A stretch of DNA of 62,445 bases, filler included, from Globobulimina sp. (Eukaryota), in the NCBI GenBank assembly GCA_003354225.1. It is 26 parts of 26 records of this genome, joined end to end, with 100 filler letters (N's around TTAATTAATTAA, not from the genome) between each part and the next. Parts side by side here need not be neighbours in the genome. Positions count along the whole stretch, not along the records: positions 9,629 to 11,935 come from PIVH01007490.1; positions 12,036 to 14,342 come from PIVH01007491.1; positions 14,443 to 16,748 come from PIVH01007492.1; positions 16,849 to 19,154 come from PIVH01007493.1; positions 19,255 to 21,560 come from PIVH01007494.1; positions 21,661 to 23,966 come from PIVH01007495.1; 20 more parts are not named here. One strand, 5' to 3'. Within the stretch, counting starts at the first letter, position 1; the number at the start of each line of letters is the position of its first letter. A program made the position numbers and the translations under genes. Of this stretch, positions 11,577-24,066 are shown piece after piece. Below the pieces are notes generated by a model that searched no databases, was not told the origin of the DNA, and worked only from the letters and a program-made list of their open reading frames with translations.

Positions 11577-11764
11577 AAAATGTAAAACAATTGGATTTCA
11601 CACACACGAATCAGTCACAAAACTCCAAAAATGTAAAACGACTCTGGATTCATACCCCAATCAGTCACAAAACTCCAAAAATGTAAAACAATGGGATTTC
11701 ACACACACGAATCAGTCACAAAACTCCAAAATGTAAAACAATGGGATTTTGACTAGCTAGAATC
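11577..11764. repeat. Minisatellite, ~51-bp unit, ~3.5 copies
   Basis: AATCAGTCACAAAACTCCAAAAATGTAAAAC core repeated, with related 19-21 nt intervening segments. Confidence 0.85.
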
Positions 11765-12472
11765 AAAACCGCCATGAAGTGCAATAGATTGATTTTCAAT
11801 ATATTTTTAGTATTGACCAATCAATTCCATTCATGCTTTTTGGAATGTGTAATATACTCAATACTGTCCAGGCAATTCCCTTATAATTCCCTTTTTCTTT
11901 TATAAAATGTATCTTTCCCTCCTTTAATTTTTCTTNNNNNNNNNNNNNNNNNNNNNNNNNNNNNNNNNNNNNNNNNNNNTTAATTAATTAANNNNNNNNN
12001 NNNNNNNNNNNNNNNNNNNNNNNNNNNNNNNNNNNAATATGAAAGAGACTGAGAAAGGACCAAATAATTAAAAAAAGGAAATTAATATCTACTTTTGTCG
12101 GTCTCTCAATGTCTTAAAGTTGATGACATTGAGGAGGATACTGATACGATAATAACAATGACTTGATTGATGAAGAAACAATGAAAGCAGATGCTTTTAT
12201 GTCCGCATAATCAGACATTATATTTATATGTAGAGTGGAATCAAAATGTGTAATAAGTTCCTGATTGATTGGATGCAAAATTTTAGATTGCATAATTAAT
12301 ATAATATTAAGACGCACACTCAATGCATAATTGCATCATAATAATTACAACTGAAAATTGAACATGCATCAAAACAAACAGTTTAAAGATGAAAACGAAA
12401 CGAAAGGATAAGCAGAAGCAGCTTTGTTGCCGTTTCTGTTTTGCAATATAATTAATTATATATATAATAATT

Positions 12473-14342
12473 TCAATATCCGTTTCCATTTCGTGTATAC
12501 GTACCATGGGTATTATAAGTAATATTATTATAACGATTATATTGTCCATGGCCATATGAAGAGTGATTATTGTAATGACCATAATAGTGACTAGAATTAT
12601 TATAGCCATTATTATTCGTACTATATCCAGCAGAACCTCTTGATATCGATGTCATAGATCCATTATTCTTGTAATAATAATAATTATTTTTATATCCGTT
12701 TGCAGTGTTTCTAATTCTTCCTGGAAACCGTGATCGATATCCACCCGCTCGAGACAACGGAGCTATGTTTGTTTGTGGAGCAATATCTAATTCTGTTAAA
12801 TCACATATTTTTGCTTTTATTTTATGACCAAACCAGAAACAACGCGCTATATTTTCGATTTTATCATTAATTTTATATTGCCGCAATTTTACCAAAACAT
12901 AATCAGGTTTGAACCAAATACAATCATCAACAATATTGCAATTAAAGCCATATGTTTTAAACATCAATTTGACGATTTCCTTATTAAAAGCATGTTGTTT
13001 CGGTAAGCCCGTAATTTGAACATATCGCGATGCACAAAATCCGCTCTTTACTGGTTTCGGTTTGCTTTTATTTTGTTCGTTTTTAATTAATTCAATAATT
13101 ATATTATCACTCGTATAGTCAATGGCTGTTTTGCCAGCTTTATCTATCATATTTACATCAAAACCTTTAGAAATTAATAGTTTTAACATTTGCACATAAC
13201 ACTTATTTGCTGCAATAAATACTGGAGAATGCCCGGATTTATCCGTCATTTTCTTATCAAAAACGACAATTTTATCATTTGTATCTGCATTAATATTATT
13301 TATATTATCCATATTTTCTAATTTATTCCAATTTATATTATCTGCATCCATTAATGGCATCGCATCCATTTTCTTTTCATCGTCATCAACTTCATCAGCT
13401 TCAACACGCAAAATATGTTTAATTGCATCCATATCATTTTTATGGACAGCGTCGAAGAATAATGAATAATTAAATAAATCAAATGTTTCGTCTTTAAACT
13501 TATCATCAGATTTATGTTGCAATTGCACCGATGGAGTATGATAGCCTCTTTCTGCTGAAATATCCACACATTTTCTTAACCATCGTTTCATTGTTTGTAT
13601 GCCTGGATATTTCATGTCAATTTCTCCAAAAAATTGTTCGAAATTGTGAATTGACTCCAATTTGTTACAAAATGATTGCAAACGTAACGAAACAGATTGC
13701 TCCACGCATCCAAGCGATTGATTTAATTCTTGGAATTTTTGTGCCGGAGAAATAACACCCAAACCACATATTTTCTTCATAAAAAAATATTGAAACATAA
13801 ATAACTTCCTTGACACCTGAGCCCCAACAAAAGCTTTATTGATATCAAAATCTGCCGCCGTTTTCTTTTCATAATTTGCTCCAAATTTTTTAATGATCCA
13901 CCGTTGATTTCGAATGTGAGACTCTTCCAACAACGCTTGAAAAATACATCTGGACGGAATATTGTTGCATAATGCAAACCAAATCATAAAATTACCTAAA
14001 TTTGGCACGTATTGCTTGCTTCTTTTCTTCATATCAACCACAAAATTCACACATTTTTCTTGTATCAATGCGTGTAATATATCATAATATTTGTGGTACA
14101 CTGCCAGTAATAGATGGAAAAAATGAAAATATGTTTCCAACACATTTATAGAATGCTGGACTTTGCCGACTATGATCGCTTCCATTAATTTAACCACCAA
14201 ACTACTCATCACACAACAAATTAAATGAATGCTCATAAATGGATGGTATTGCTCTAAGCGTACATTTTTTTGTTGAAATAACTTTAACGTATATTCTTTC
14301 AACACGTTTAAAGCTTCAATTCCGTGGTATCTTCCATGTGCA
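12473..14342 (-). CDS. 5'-truncated multidomain protein: helical domain like that found C-terminal to UBC domains in fungal/protist E2-family proteins, ankyrin repeats, RRM-like region, N/Y/G-rich tail
   Basis: YFHFFHLLL..RSKQYVPNLG..LLEESHIRNQRW; ankyrin GHSPVFIAA..GFDVNMIDKAGKTAIDY. Confidence 0.65.
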
Positions 14343-14442
14343 NNNNNNNNNNNNNNNNNNNNNNNNNNNNNNNNNNNNNNNNNNNNTTAATTAATTAANN
14401 NNNNNNNNNNNNNNNNNNNNNNNNNNNNNNNNNNNNNNNNNN

Positions 14443-14787
14443 ATAAAATAGAAAGGAAAAACCTACGTTTTTCAAGCTCTGAGGGGAATTTATAAATGAT
14501 CGGTTTATGGTTATCATTTACAGTTAATGAAATTTTATTGGCTTTACCACTTTGAAGGTGTGTTTGTGGATTTTCTATTTTGTGTTTAATTGCTGCGGAT
14601 TTATCACTTTGTCGAATCACTAATTGTCCATTCGATAAATGTTCTATTATTACTGTTGAGCCTCCTCGGCGAAATTGACCTTTCTGTGTCACCAAATACC
14701 TTGCTAATACTGTATCGTCTGTCTGTTTGTTAATATAATAATAAAAAAAAGGTTATAAGTTGAAAATAAACCCGAAAGAGGTACCAT
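14443..14787 (-). CDS. PH-like domain protein N-terminus with a 62-nt intron directly after the ATG
   Basis: ATG at 14787, intron 14723-14784 (GTACCT..AAACAG), spliced MTDDTVLARYLVTQKG..IYKFPSELEKRRFF. Confidence 0.55.
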
Positions 14788-14856
14788 GGTTTTTCAGACT
14801 TCAGTAAAAAAAACCACATAAATTACAATTCTTCAAAACACTAAGAAATCAATGCA

Positions 14857-15609
14857 TCATTGATAGTTTACCATCTTTTGTAACATGTGTATTGTATTAA
14901 CATTCAGATCTGTATTTAACATATATTCAAACAATTTGTCCTTTAACTCAATGGGTTTTAAATTATTTAACTCCTGCGAAATTTTTATTCGCTTCGCTTC
15001 AATCTCCGCATCTTTATACATTTTCAGTTTCTTATTTAATTTCGATACATCTTTTTCCATATTGTTAGCATCACTTTTTGGTACGTTTTGTAGCATGACA
15101 TTCACATTTGACTCAACAGCTATTTTTTGTTGTGATGGAGCACGTTCTGGCTCAAAGTTAGTTGGGTTATCCATAGCCATTCCAAATTCGTCTGAATAAT
15201 TATGATCCAGCAGTGTTGGTGCTGGCGGCGAAAATGGTGAGCCAATTGTTATTATATCATCAATCGATTTACGTTCAGATAGGTTTGGTTGAGATTGTGG
15301 CACAAGTGCTGTAACAGGTTGTTTTTCCTCATGTTTAGCTACAATCTGTACCAAATGCTTTGGTTTAACAAATATTCCTTGACCTTTTACTTTACATTCA
15401 AAATACTGATGTTTACCGGTATTCCCATTATTCTCTCCTTCATATTTCTCTGTTAATTCAATTCCATACCAAGCTCCATCTTTGTTAAATAATTGTCCAA
15501 TATATCGGATAATTCCTTGTCGTTTCTTATTTAATAATACCAAGTCTCCGACTTCATATACTCCCTGAATCTTAGCCAGTTTTTTACTCTTTCGCTTCAT
15601 AAAAGCCAT
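14857..15609 (-). CDS. CAP-Gly domain protein
   Basis: GIIRYIG..WYGIEL..GENNGN...YFEC..GQGIFV. Confidence 0.92.
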   Translation of the reverse strand: MAFMKRKSKKLAKIQGVYEVGDLVLLNKKRQGIIRYIGQLFNKDGAWYGIELTEKYEGENNGNTGKHQYFECKVKGQGIFVKPKHLVQIVAKHEEKQPVTALVPQSQPNLSERKSIDDIITIGSPFSPPAPTLLDHNYSDEFGMAMDNPTNFEPERAPSQQKIAVESNVNVMLQNVPKSDANNMEKDVSKLNKKLKMYKDAEIEAKRIKISQELNNLKPIELKDKLFEYMLNTDLNVNTIHMLQKMVNYQ

Positions 15610-15687
15610 GATACAAAGATCACAAACTAAACAACAAAAACTTGAGTTAAAAGTAGAAATTTGTAGAAAATTCGTAATTTAGATATT

Positions 15688-16668
15688 TTACACTTGTCTG
15701 GTTGCAAATAGATGAACCATTTCGATCATCATTAGTGTATATTCAAATGAAAACATTAATATACCGCCACCAAGCCCTAACCGTAATAACTTTGGTATAA
15801 ATCCACGATACAAAGCATGAAATCCTTCATCTTTATAAACATTATAAACTGCTCTTAAAGCCCACGGATTTTTGCGAATATAACTCATGTCCGAAGTAGC
15901 AACATTCTGCAAGCGTGACTTTGCCACATCGAAGGGCGAGCTAAATATTGATCCAGTAGCACCACCAATACATCCAAACAAAAAATCGTGAAATTTGGAT
16001 TTACCAAACCTATCCGATGCTTTTTTCTGTTTTCCTAAACTACCAAAATATACACCATGCCACAATCCGTTTCTCCACAAAGTCAGCTCCATTCCACGAA
16101 ATAAGCACATAAATCCGTATAGTTTTGAATTGAATGGAGGTTGCTTCCAAATGAGATGATACAATGCGGAAAAAGTGTTTCTATAAACATCCTTATATTG
16201 ATATGATTGCATTCGAACTTTAATAAATTCAAATGGCGACACTATAAATCCATCAATAATACCGGTTCCAATGCAGGCAATACAATTTAAGACATTTATA
16301 TTCTGAATGAAATTTATATTTTCATAAACTAGATGTTGAATGGAATAATTTGTGCCAAATTTTAAAAATCCTCTGGGACATTGCATCATGAGTACCATTG
16401 GAAGGCCTCGATAAATGGATATTATTCCTTCAGTGCGAATCATTGTGCTCATCATTCGTAAGGTTGAGGGTGTTTTACTTGTTTCAATGTTTGATATTAA
16501 TTGGTATCGAGTCTTTAATGTATCCAATGGATGATTTAAACATGATTCAAATACCATTCCGGTAGCACCTGCAAGTGCATGGAATATAACTTCGAGTCTT
16601 GGATTCAATATGTAATGTCCATCAGAGTCCTTTATAAATTGACTGGTTGCCGGGTTGTCATGTTTCAT
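15688..16668 (-). CDS. Mitochondrial carrier (SLC25), 2-oxodicarboxylate carrier-like
   Basis: Three Px(D/E)xxKxR motifs: PLDTLKTR, PFEFIKVR, PFDVAKSR; LWRNGLW; RLGLGGGIL. Confidence 0.93.
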   Translation of the reverse strand: MKHDNPATSQFIKDSDGHYILNPRLEVIFHALAGATGMVFESCLNHPLDTLKTRYQLISNIETSKTPSTLRMMSTMIRTEGIISIYRGLPMVLMMQCPRGFLKFGTNYSIQHLVYENINFIQNINVLNCIACIGTGIIDGFIVSPFEFIKVRMQSYQYKDVYRNTFSALYHLIWKQPPFNSKLYGFMCLFRGMELTLWRNGLWHGVYFGSLGKQKKASDRFGKSKFHDFLFGCIGGATGSIFSSPFDVAKSRLQNVATSDMSYIRKNPWALRAVYNVYKDEGFHALYRGFIPKLLRLGLGGGILMFSFEYTLMMIEMVHLFATRQV

Positions 16669-16848
16669 TTAACTTAGGCAACGTTGAGGTACGCGTTTTT
16701 CAAACTAAGATGGAAATCAGCTTAAATAAATCTCATGAAAACGTTTGTNNNNNNNNNNNNNNNNNNNNNNNNNNNNNNNNNNNNNNNNNNNNTTAATTAA
16801 TTAANNNNNNNNNNNNNNNNNNNNNNNNNNNNNNNNNNNNNNNNNNNN

Positions 16849-17617
16849 TGAACATAAATTTCAGTTTGATTTCTCTTATTTTTATTTGATAATTTTCCAT
16901 AATAACTCCGAATGAATAACTATTCATAAAATCAACTCTCCGCTGCAAATCTGTATCATTTTGTTTTTTTAATACTTTGACTTTCACCAAATCTCCTTCA
17001 TTGATACTAACATTGTAATGCAGTGACTTGGCCATATCTATTGCTCTCAAAAAGTGATATTTTCGTCCAATTTTACATAATTGTATTGTTACAATGTCTG
17101 ATGTTATATTGTTGTCTTTCTTGTATTGTATCGTAAGTGCCTGCAATCCGACATGTCCAAACTTTCGAAAAGCATCGCCGCCGACCATTTTAATGCTGCT
17201 TTTAACCGCCGACATACTTTCTAATATCGCCAAATGTGTTTGTATTTTGTGATTTTGCCATTCATCAAATAATACGCTTTGAACGTCCGTGGAAAGTTTA
17301 ATTAAATATTCTGTTTTTATCGTATACAGTCCTATACTGGCTACGCACCACTGGGCTGAACAGGTATTGTTAAATGTTCTGATTAAAACATTATATAAAT
17401 CAATGATAGACATAACAACCGCTACGTTATTATATAAATCAATATTTGATAAATACATAGGTCCTTTAATGATGACTATATCACCGCATTCAAACGTTTT
17501 TGACGATATTGTCTGATCCTTATGTGATACATTGAATGCATCATTGAATGCATGAACTGGCTTTTTGCATTGGATAATACCAATAAAAAACGCATACAAC
17601 AAAAACAATAATGTCAT
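16849..17617 (-). CDS. Hypothetical secreted protein (3' truncated)
   Basis: Signal-like MTLLFLLYAFFIGIIQC followed by a long open frame. Confidence 0.5.
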
Positions 17618-17689
17618 TCTAGATTTTAGAAAGCACGAAAGCACGCGATGAATGAGATGAAAATGCAAGTTTTGTTTAATTGGATAATT

Positions 17690-19154
17690 TTATTTAATAT
17701 TTGCTGAATCATTATTTCGAGACAATTTTTGTCTCTTTGAATTTGGCAAATGATTATTATCAGAAAACGACCGTTTTCTTTCTTTTTTTTGTGAGTCGTA
17801 ATTTGCAATTTTATTAATGACAAACAGCAAAGCATCAAATCCGCCAATGTCAATTTGCAGCGTATAATATTTCCATTGTTTATTATGAATATCTAATAAT
17901 TTGGCCAATAATTTTCGTTCCATAGTGAGTAATAAAGCTTTTCCATTGGTTTTTAAGATCCTATTTATTGTTTCTAATATTAATGGATAAATTTTTCTAT
18001 TTTTTTTATGTGTGCCACATTTATGTCCAAATGGCAAATCACTGAGAACAATATCAATAATCCCATTTTTAATTTCTTTTTCTGTCAATTGACAAAAATC
18101 CCATTTAAAAAATTCAATCACATCACAATCATCAAAATCTACCTTAAAATCATCATTTGTATTTACGTTTAAATTGCAATATTTCGCATTCATAATAGCT
18201 TGTTTTATAGCTTTCCCATTTATATCACTTGCAATATATTTTACATGTTTATATTTTTGAAATGCCAATTTACATTCAATTACAAGCGAACCCAAACCAC
18301 ACAATGGGTCAAATACAACCATATTCTCTTTAATATCCGCTATTGAGCCAATTAAAAAACATATGTTATTATTTAATATGGTCGAATAAGAGGTGGTGAC
18401 TCTACTTCGTAAATGTAAATCACTTATTATTGACACACCATACAACATCATTCGATCCACAATAATCACAAACAACTCAATATCATAATATTTTAAATTC
18501 ACCTCAAAATGCAATATATTATGAAATGGCGCAGCTATCTCTTTTTCGATCAGCAATGAGTTGTATTGGTGCCTCCCTTTACGAACACAAGTGCTTCGAT
18601 AACCCGGTGATAAAATGTTAATATTATCTGAATGGAATTTGTCATTTGTTCCTCCTTTGAATTGATCTTTTTTTAATTTACTTATTTCTTTTTTAAATCT
18701 ATTCCGTGTCTTTAATGGTATTGATATATTATTTATATATAATTTATTCTCATCAATAGTTTCAAGACAATGCATATTACACTTCCAACATTCATATCCT
18801 GTTTCATATTTACTTCGCCTTTCATTTGTAATTTTAATTACTTTCTCATTCAAATATTTTTCAATTTCAATTTGTTTTAATGGTAAATCATGCAATTCAT
18901 CGATCTTAAAAACTATTTTGCTCACTGATCGTAATGATCTCATCTTTTTTAATAATACGGATAATACGGAGATTGAATTCAATTTGAATCTGGTAATTAT
19001 AATACCGGGAACAATACGTGTTGATAGCGGGTGTAATAATTGTTCAATTTCTTCTTTTGCGTATTTCTCCAATCCGTTTACAGTTAGCATAAAGAATTCT
19101 AAATCAGTATCGAATTTCATTCCACTCTCTTCTAAAGCTTCTTCTTTTTTTTCC
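17690..19154 (-). CDS. THUMP + UPF0020 RNA guanine-N2 methyltransferase (THUMPD2/3, Trm14-like)
   Basis: TVNGLEKYAKEEI, SAM motif FDPLCGLGS, SDLPFGHKCG. Confidence 0.9.
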
Positions 19155-19276
19155 NNNNNNNNNNNNNNNNNNNNNNNNNNNNNNNNNNNNNNNNNNNNTT
19201 AATTAATTAANNNNNNNNNNNNNNNNNNNNNNNNNNNNNNNNNNNNNNNNNNNNAGTTAGCGGTACTGTCAAATTG

Positions 19277-20818
19277 TCAAATCGTTTTTGTCAATTTGTC
19301 AAAAAAATAGGGGACCAAACCCTTAATATCCGGGTCATCGTCATACTTAATCACCATTCGACTCAGCCGCAAATTATCCAGCAACGTCTGTATATCTTCC
19401 TGATTATTCCCCGGCGTCGCAGTCAATGCTAATAGACGAATGTGCGGGTTCTTGCACATCAAATCTCGAACCATGGTATGATACGAATGCTCTCCCTGAG
19501 CTTTATGAGCTTCGTCAATCACAATACACACGAACTTATCCACCGGCACTGTACTGCGCTGCAGGTCTGATTTCAATGTCTGCGGCGAGACAAAATAAAA
19601 GCGAGCCTGTGTCCATAGCTTCTTACGTTTCAACGGCGCAGTTTGTCCCGTCAAATCCGCGTAATCTCTCTGTGGAACGTCTAAGAAGTCGTAGCAAGCC
19701 TTCATTTGCTGCTCGACCAAGGCTCGAGTGGGACAGGCAAAGACCACTATGCCGTGACGGTACCAACGGTAAAAGTTGTACATAACCACTGCAGCAATCA
19801 ATGTCTTGCCCATACCGGTGGGAAAGCAGACCAATTCGTTGGTGAATAGAGACTGTTTGACTGCTTCGAATTGGTATTTACGTATTTGTAGATTGGAAGG
19901 GTAGACCCACATTTTGGAAGCCTCTTCGTCCATCAATGGCACTTTGAAGCGTTGGCGTTGATGGTTGAACTTTTTCATGGCCCGATGCACGAGGTCTTTG
20001 TCGGGGAGAGGTTCGCTTTCCATGTCCTCTGAGAAGGGCGCGGAGTGCATGAATTGTGCGAGTTGCTGTTGGCGTTGTTGTTGCAGGCTGGAGATGTTCT
20101 TTTTAGGTGGTGGGGTTTTGTAGTGCTTGTAGTTGGTGTTTGGAGGTGAGGTAAATGTGTGATTGGTGTTGTTGTTGTGATTATTGGTGTTAGTATGTAA
20201 TGGGAATGTGTTGTTGTGGATGGTATTGTTGGTGTTGTGGTTTGCAGTGAAATTGTGGCTGTTTTGTTTGTTGTGGTTGGTGTTTTGCTTTGTATTGAAA
20301 TTATTGTATGATTTATTGTATGCGTTATTTGCGTTATTGCGGTTGTTATAATTGTTCCCAGCTTTATATGACAAGTTATTATTTGGAGTATTATATGGAT
20401 TACAATAGGAATTATTCGAGCGGTTATGATTATTTTTGCGTGTTGAGTTTGGATTTGAATACGTATTATTTGATTTATTTGATATTGCAGATATATTTGA
20501 GATGTTTAAATTATTGGTGATATTTATATTAATTGGAGTATTTTGATTACTTTGATTGTAATTATTGTATGAATTATTCATTTTATGTCCAGTATGATTG
20601 TTGTAATTAGTATTATTACTAACGCAGTTATTTTGCTTGTAATTGTTTGAAGAATTGTTTAGATTTGGTCTCCTATTCCTACGTACACCGAAATTTGGTG
20701 GTGCATCCATATTGTTATTATTCATATTATTATTTCTTCGTCGCCCAAAGCCTGGAGGCGCACTGTTTATGCTGTTATTACTATTATTCATATCACTGAA
20801 GTTTGATACATTTAACAT
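19277..20818 (-). CDS. FANCM: FANCM/Mph1-like DEAH helicase N-terminal part with a long Asn-rich extension
   Basis: WVYPSN..RKYQ, PTGMGKTLIAAVVMYNFYRWY, VIDEAHKAQG, LALTATPG. Confidence 0.92.
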   Translation of the reverse strand: MLNVSNFSDMNNSNNSINSAPPGFGRRRNNNMNNNNMDAPPNFGVRRNRRPNLNNSSNNYKQNNCVSNNTNYNNHTGHKMNNSYNNYNQSNQNTPININITNNLNISNISAISNKSNNTYSNPNSTRKNNHNRSNNSYCNPYNTPNNNLSYKAGNNYNNRNNANNAYNKSYNNFNTKQNTNHNKQNSHNFTANHNTNNTIHNNTFPLHTNTNNHNNNTNHTFTSPPNTNYKHYKTPPPKKNISSLQQQRQQQLAQFMHSAPFSEDMESEPLPDKDLVHRAMKKFNHQRQRFKVPLMDEEASKMWVYPSNLQIRKYQFEAVKQSLFTNELVCFPTGMGKTLIAAVVMYNFYRWYRHGIVVFACPTRALVEQQMKACYDFLDVPQRDYADLTGQTAPLKRKKLWTQARFYFVSPQTLKSDLQRSTVPVDKFVCIVIDEAHKAQGEHSYHTMVRDLMCKNPHIRLLALTATPGNNQEDIQTLLDNLRLSRMVIKYDDDPDIKGLVPYFFDKLTKTI

Positions 20819-21170
20819 AGCATCCGATTGTTGTATGGCTGTGTCCCACTTTATTTAATTTTTTTAATTGTGTTTATTGACTTTATTCGCGAATCACACA
20901 ATCACTTCACGTCAATATCATCGTCAAATTCAAAACCAATTCTGTTAAAAATCAGAACGATCAATTATGTTAATTAAATCGCCGCAATTTTATTGTCTAA
21001 AAATAGTTGACATTATCCGTCCTCAAACTGCTTGAGTACTGCAAAGTTTTTCTGTTGAGAACACACCAAAACCACTTCACTTCCTACATTTCACACATTT
21101 CAACCATCCGACACTGTTGCTCCACCAAACAAAAACAACACTTAATTTTAATCCATCCCAAGTCTAAACA

Positions 21171-21560
21171 ATGGCCGATTTCCCAGGCCAAGGCTATCCA
21201 TCCCATGTCCCGCCCCAACACGCCCCTCGTTTACAACAAAGAAAAAGAAAACAAAAACCGCCCGCATCATTATCCAAACTCCATCGTCCTTTAGTTTCGT
21301 ACAAGCAACAAATTAGAAATACAAACCCCTCATCACCACATAAAAAAAAAATGAAAAAAAATACAAATCCAAAGACTCGATTTTATTGTAATGACTGTAA
21401 AAAGAAATTCAGATCGAGAATATTAGCAAATAGAAATAATAATGCCGTACAACATTATTGTTCATTATATGCCAAGATAATTACACGTAAAGTCGAGGCA
21501 GCGGTTAAGTACCCCAAAATCCATTATTTGCTTGCGAATTTGCGTGGAGATCACCCCCAC
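21171..21560 (+). CDS. Hypothetical basic protein with a CxxC..H/C zinc-finger-like motif (3' truncated)
   Basis: FYCNDCKKKF..HYC; divergent from FANCM. Confidence 0.35.
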
Positions 21561-21660
21561 NNNNNNNNNNNNNNNNNNNNNNNNNNNNNNNNNNNNNNNN
21601 NNNNTTAATTAATTAANNNNNNNNNNNNNNNNNNNNNNNNNNNNNNNNNNNNNNNNNNNN

Positions 21661-22218
21661 GTACATTCTGAATGTTTAACGTCAGTTATACGCATACTAT
21701 ATTCAACTCAAATCGTATCAGTTTCAAATGATGATAGCCTGAATTGTTCAATATGTGCAACATGTAATTCCAATGTATGTGTCATTGTCAAACCATGCTG
21801 TGGATGGAGAGAATATATTACTCATTTAATCCATCCATTTTTCAATAAATGGCAACTTATATTGATTTGGAGAGCTATCAAATCTTTATTCGGAATGTTT
21901 TACCATGCAATTGGAGCAGTATTACTTTTAGAATTATTCATGAGACAAATTCAAAAAATCATTCGCAAATCAGTAGCTACAAAAGATAACAATAATGGTT
22001 TAAGGACAGTAACACTTACGATTGGAAACAAAGTTATCACATTCACACAAATCATATGGATAATAACGTGGTTATGCAGGGTATTATTTTTATGCATATT
22101 CAGTGCTTCGAATTATTTGAAACTAAATTCTTGCGCAGCAAAATTAAAATTAGCTGTCGAAACCCAACTAACTATGTTTAAAATAACATTGCAACTCGAA
22201 TTGGCTCCGCGGGATTGA
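21661..22218 (+). CDS. RING-CH (MARCH-like) membrane E3 ligase C-terminal fragment
   Basis: Frame open from the contig start: VHSECL..CSIC followed by two hydrophobic helices. Confidence 0.55.
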   Translation, partial: VHSECLTSVIRILYSTQIVSVSNDDSLNCSICATCNSNVCVIVKPCCGWREYITHLIHPFFNKWQLILIWRAIKSLFGMFYHAIGAVLLLELFMRQIQKIIRKSVATKDNNNGLRTVTLTIGNKVITFTQIIWIITWLCRVLFLCIFSASNYLKLNSCAAKLKLAVETQLTMFKITLQLELAPRD

Positions 22219-22288
22219 ATGCAAACAACTTGAATATGTGCAAGGATGTACAATGTAAGTTTTTTCCATTTAATATTGTATATTTTAC

Positions 22289-23197
22289 CTAGAAATATGG
22301 CCAAAATAAGGCTTTGAACAGCCACCAAATAATGGGCACAATGAGTGCTATTAAAATTGCATTCTCCAACACAACATGCCAGATATTAGCAATTCTCGTA
22401 CCAGTGGATGGTGGGATTATTACTTGTTGATTAGGTTGCAAATTTTGAAAATATTCTTTTTTTTCTTCTTGCATTTTTTGAAGTTTTTGCTCTTGTGCTT
22501 TTTTTTCAACTTCGAACAAATTTTGCTGCGTATCAAAGGACTCAAACTGTGTCATAAATTTTGCATCTTTTGGCCTTGATTCTGGAAATCTGAGATATAT
22601 GCATTTTAAGAGATGTTTTAATGGCTGAAGGGAATGCATCACATAAAAATTAAAATCTTTGTTGTTTGGTTTTAGCATAAATCCAATATAATTAAATATT
22701 TTTAGCCCAGCTCCATGCGGAATATTTTCTATTTTTGTTTGAATTTTTTGAAAATTTAAATGTCTGTATCTCTCATTTTGTGGATTTTCAATAATATTTT
22801 CGCAAACTCCCGTTAATAATTCAATAAATTGCATCAATTTTATTTCATCCAATGTTGATGAGGAATGCATCAAAGCATTCCATTCTTGATCCAATTTCCA
22901 AACATTTGGATCACTGAATGAAGATACATTGTTGACATAAATTGTATCTCCAGATTTGAAGTATTTGTTCATTGTAATTTTATCGTTGATAGCAATTGCT
23001 TTGAAAATATCAATATATTCATCTTTATCTTCATCATCCGTGGGGACTGTCATTTTTTCAATATTTAACTGCATGATGTGCTTATTTGGTATGATAAATG
23101 CATTTGCTATGATTTCCCTGATATTGGCAACAGTTGTGGTGGTTGGAATATCCACGACTTTTTCTCTATTGTCATCACCAAGCAACCTAATGTCCAT
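22289..23197 (-). CDS. Ubiquitin-like + PUB domain protein with a C-terminal TM anchor
   Basis: TTTVANIREII (UBL-like); NIIENPQNERYRHLN..IGF (PUB); hydrophobic tail. Confidence 0.7.
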   Translation of the reverse strand: MDIRLLGDDNREKVVDIPTTTTVANIREIIANAFIIPNKHIMQLNIEKMTVPTDDEDKDEYIDIFKAIAINDKITMNKYFKSGDTIYVNNVSSFSDPNVWKLDQEWNALMHSSSTLDEIKLMQFIELLTGVCENIIENPQNERYRHLNFQKIQTKIENIPHGAGLKIFNYIGFMLKPNNKDFNFYVMHSLQPLKHLLKCIYLRFPESRPKDAKFMTQFESFDTQQNLFEVEKKAQEQKLQKMQEEKKEYFQNLQPNQQVIIPPSTGTRIANIWHVVLENAILIALIVPIIWWLFKALFWPYF

Positions 23198-23274
23198 TGC
23201 ATTTAAATACAGTTTTCGAAACTTAGTGTGCTGTTAAATAACATCATAAAGACAAAGTCCACAAAACGGATTGA

Positions 23275-23910
23275 TCAATGCAATGTATTCCAACGTTTGC
23301 CTGTAACTTTAATAACAATTTCGCATATAAACCATCTGAAATCATAGATTCTTTTCTGAGGCCAATTCAGATTCTGATAATATTCATCCTGCCTCGATTG
23401 AGTGAGTTTCTTTGCCCAAATGATCCACGCCCTGCTATCCAATCTCATCGATTTACAATACAATGATTCAGGTTTGTTATCATGACATATTCTCCATGTA
23501 TTCTCTCGAACACTTTCCATCATTTCTATATCTTCTTGCTTTCGAACTGTGTCTCCACCATAAATTTCCTGCAATCTTTTATCTAATAATTGCAGGGAAA
23601 TATTATACAATTTCCAATCACAATCATTCATGGCATCTATCAGCAGTTTATCTAACTGCGTAATTTTTTTATTATAATGTTCTTGCTTCTGACTCTGATA
23701 AACAATATCATCCCAACTCATGTTATAGGCATATTTGAGTACCAACAATGAGTCCGTCCATCGATCCTGAACCAGAAGTAACCATTTTCCATTTTTTATG
23801 TTGTCCCAGTTATTAATATTAGCATAAATACCATGTTCTTTCTCAAGCTCCAATGATAAGCACATTCCATTAAATGATATACTCATTGTATTAGAATTAA
23901 TCCTGTCCAT
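23275..23910 (-). CDS. Hypothetical protein
   Basis: 211-aa ORF with no recognised motif. Confidence 0.5.
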   Translation of the reverse strand: MDRINSNTMSISFNGMCLSLELEKEHGIYANINNWDNIKNGKWLLLVQDRWTDSLLVLKYAYNMSWDDIVYQSQKQEHYNKKITQLDKLLIDAMNDCDWKLYNISLQLLDKRLQEIYGGDTVRKQEDIEMMESVRENTWRICHDNKPESLYCKSMRLDSRAWIIWAKKLTQSRQDEYYQNLNWPQKRIYDFRWFICEIVIKVTGKRWNTLH

Positions 23911-24066
23911 TTTTTGTATATTAATCTTTCTGTTTGTTTTTCCCTTTTTGTACTGAAGATATTCTGNNNNNNNNNNNNNNNNNNNNNNNNNNNNNNNNNN
24001 NNNNNNNNNNTTAATTAATTAANNNNNNNNNNNNNNNNNNNNNNNNNNNNNNNNNNNNNNNNNNNN

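Noticed and set aside
11577-11764. CRISPR-like array (31-bp constant part plus ~20-bp variable part)
   Set aside because: The spacers are related to each other (two are nearly identical) and short, there are no cas genes, and the context is eukaryotic; this is a minisatellite
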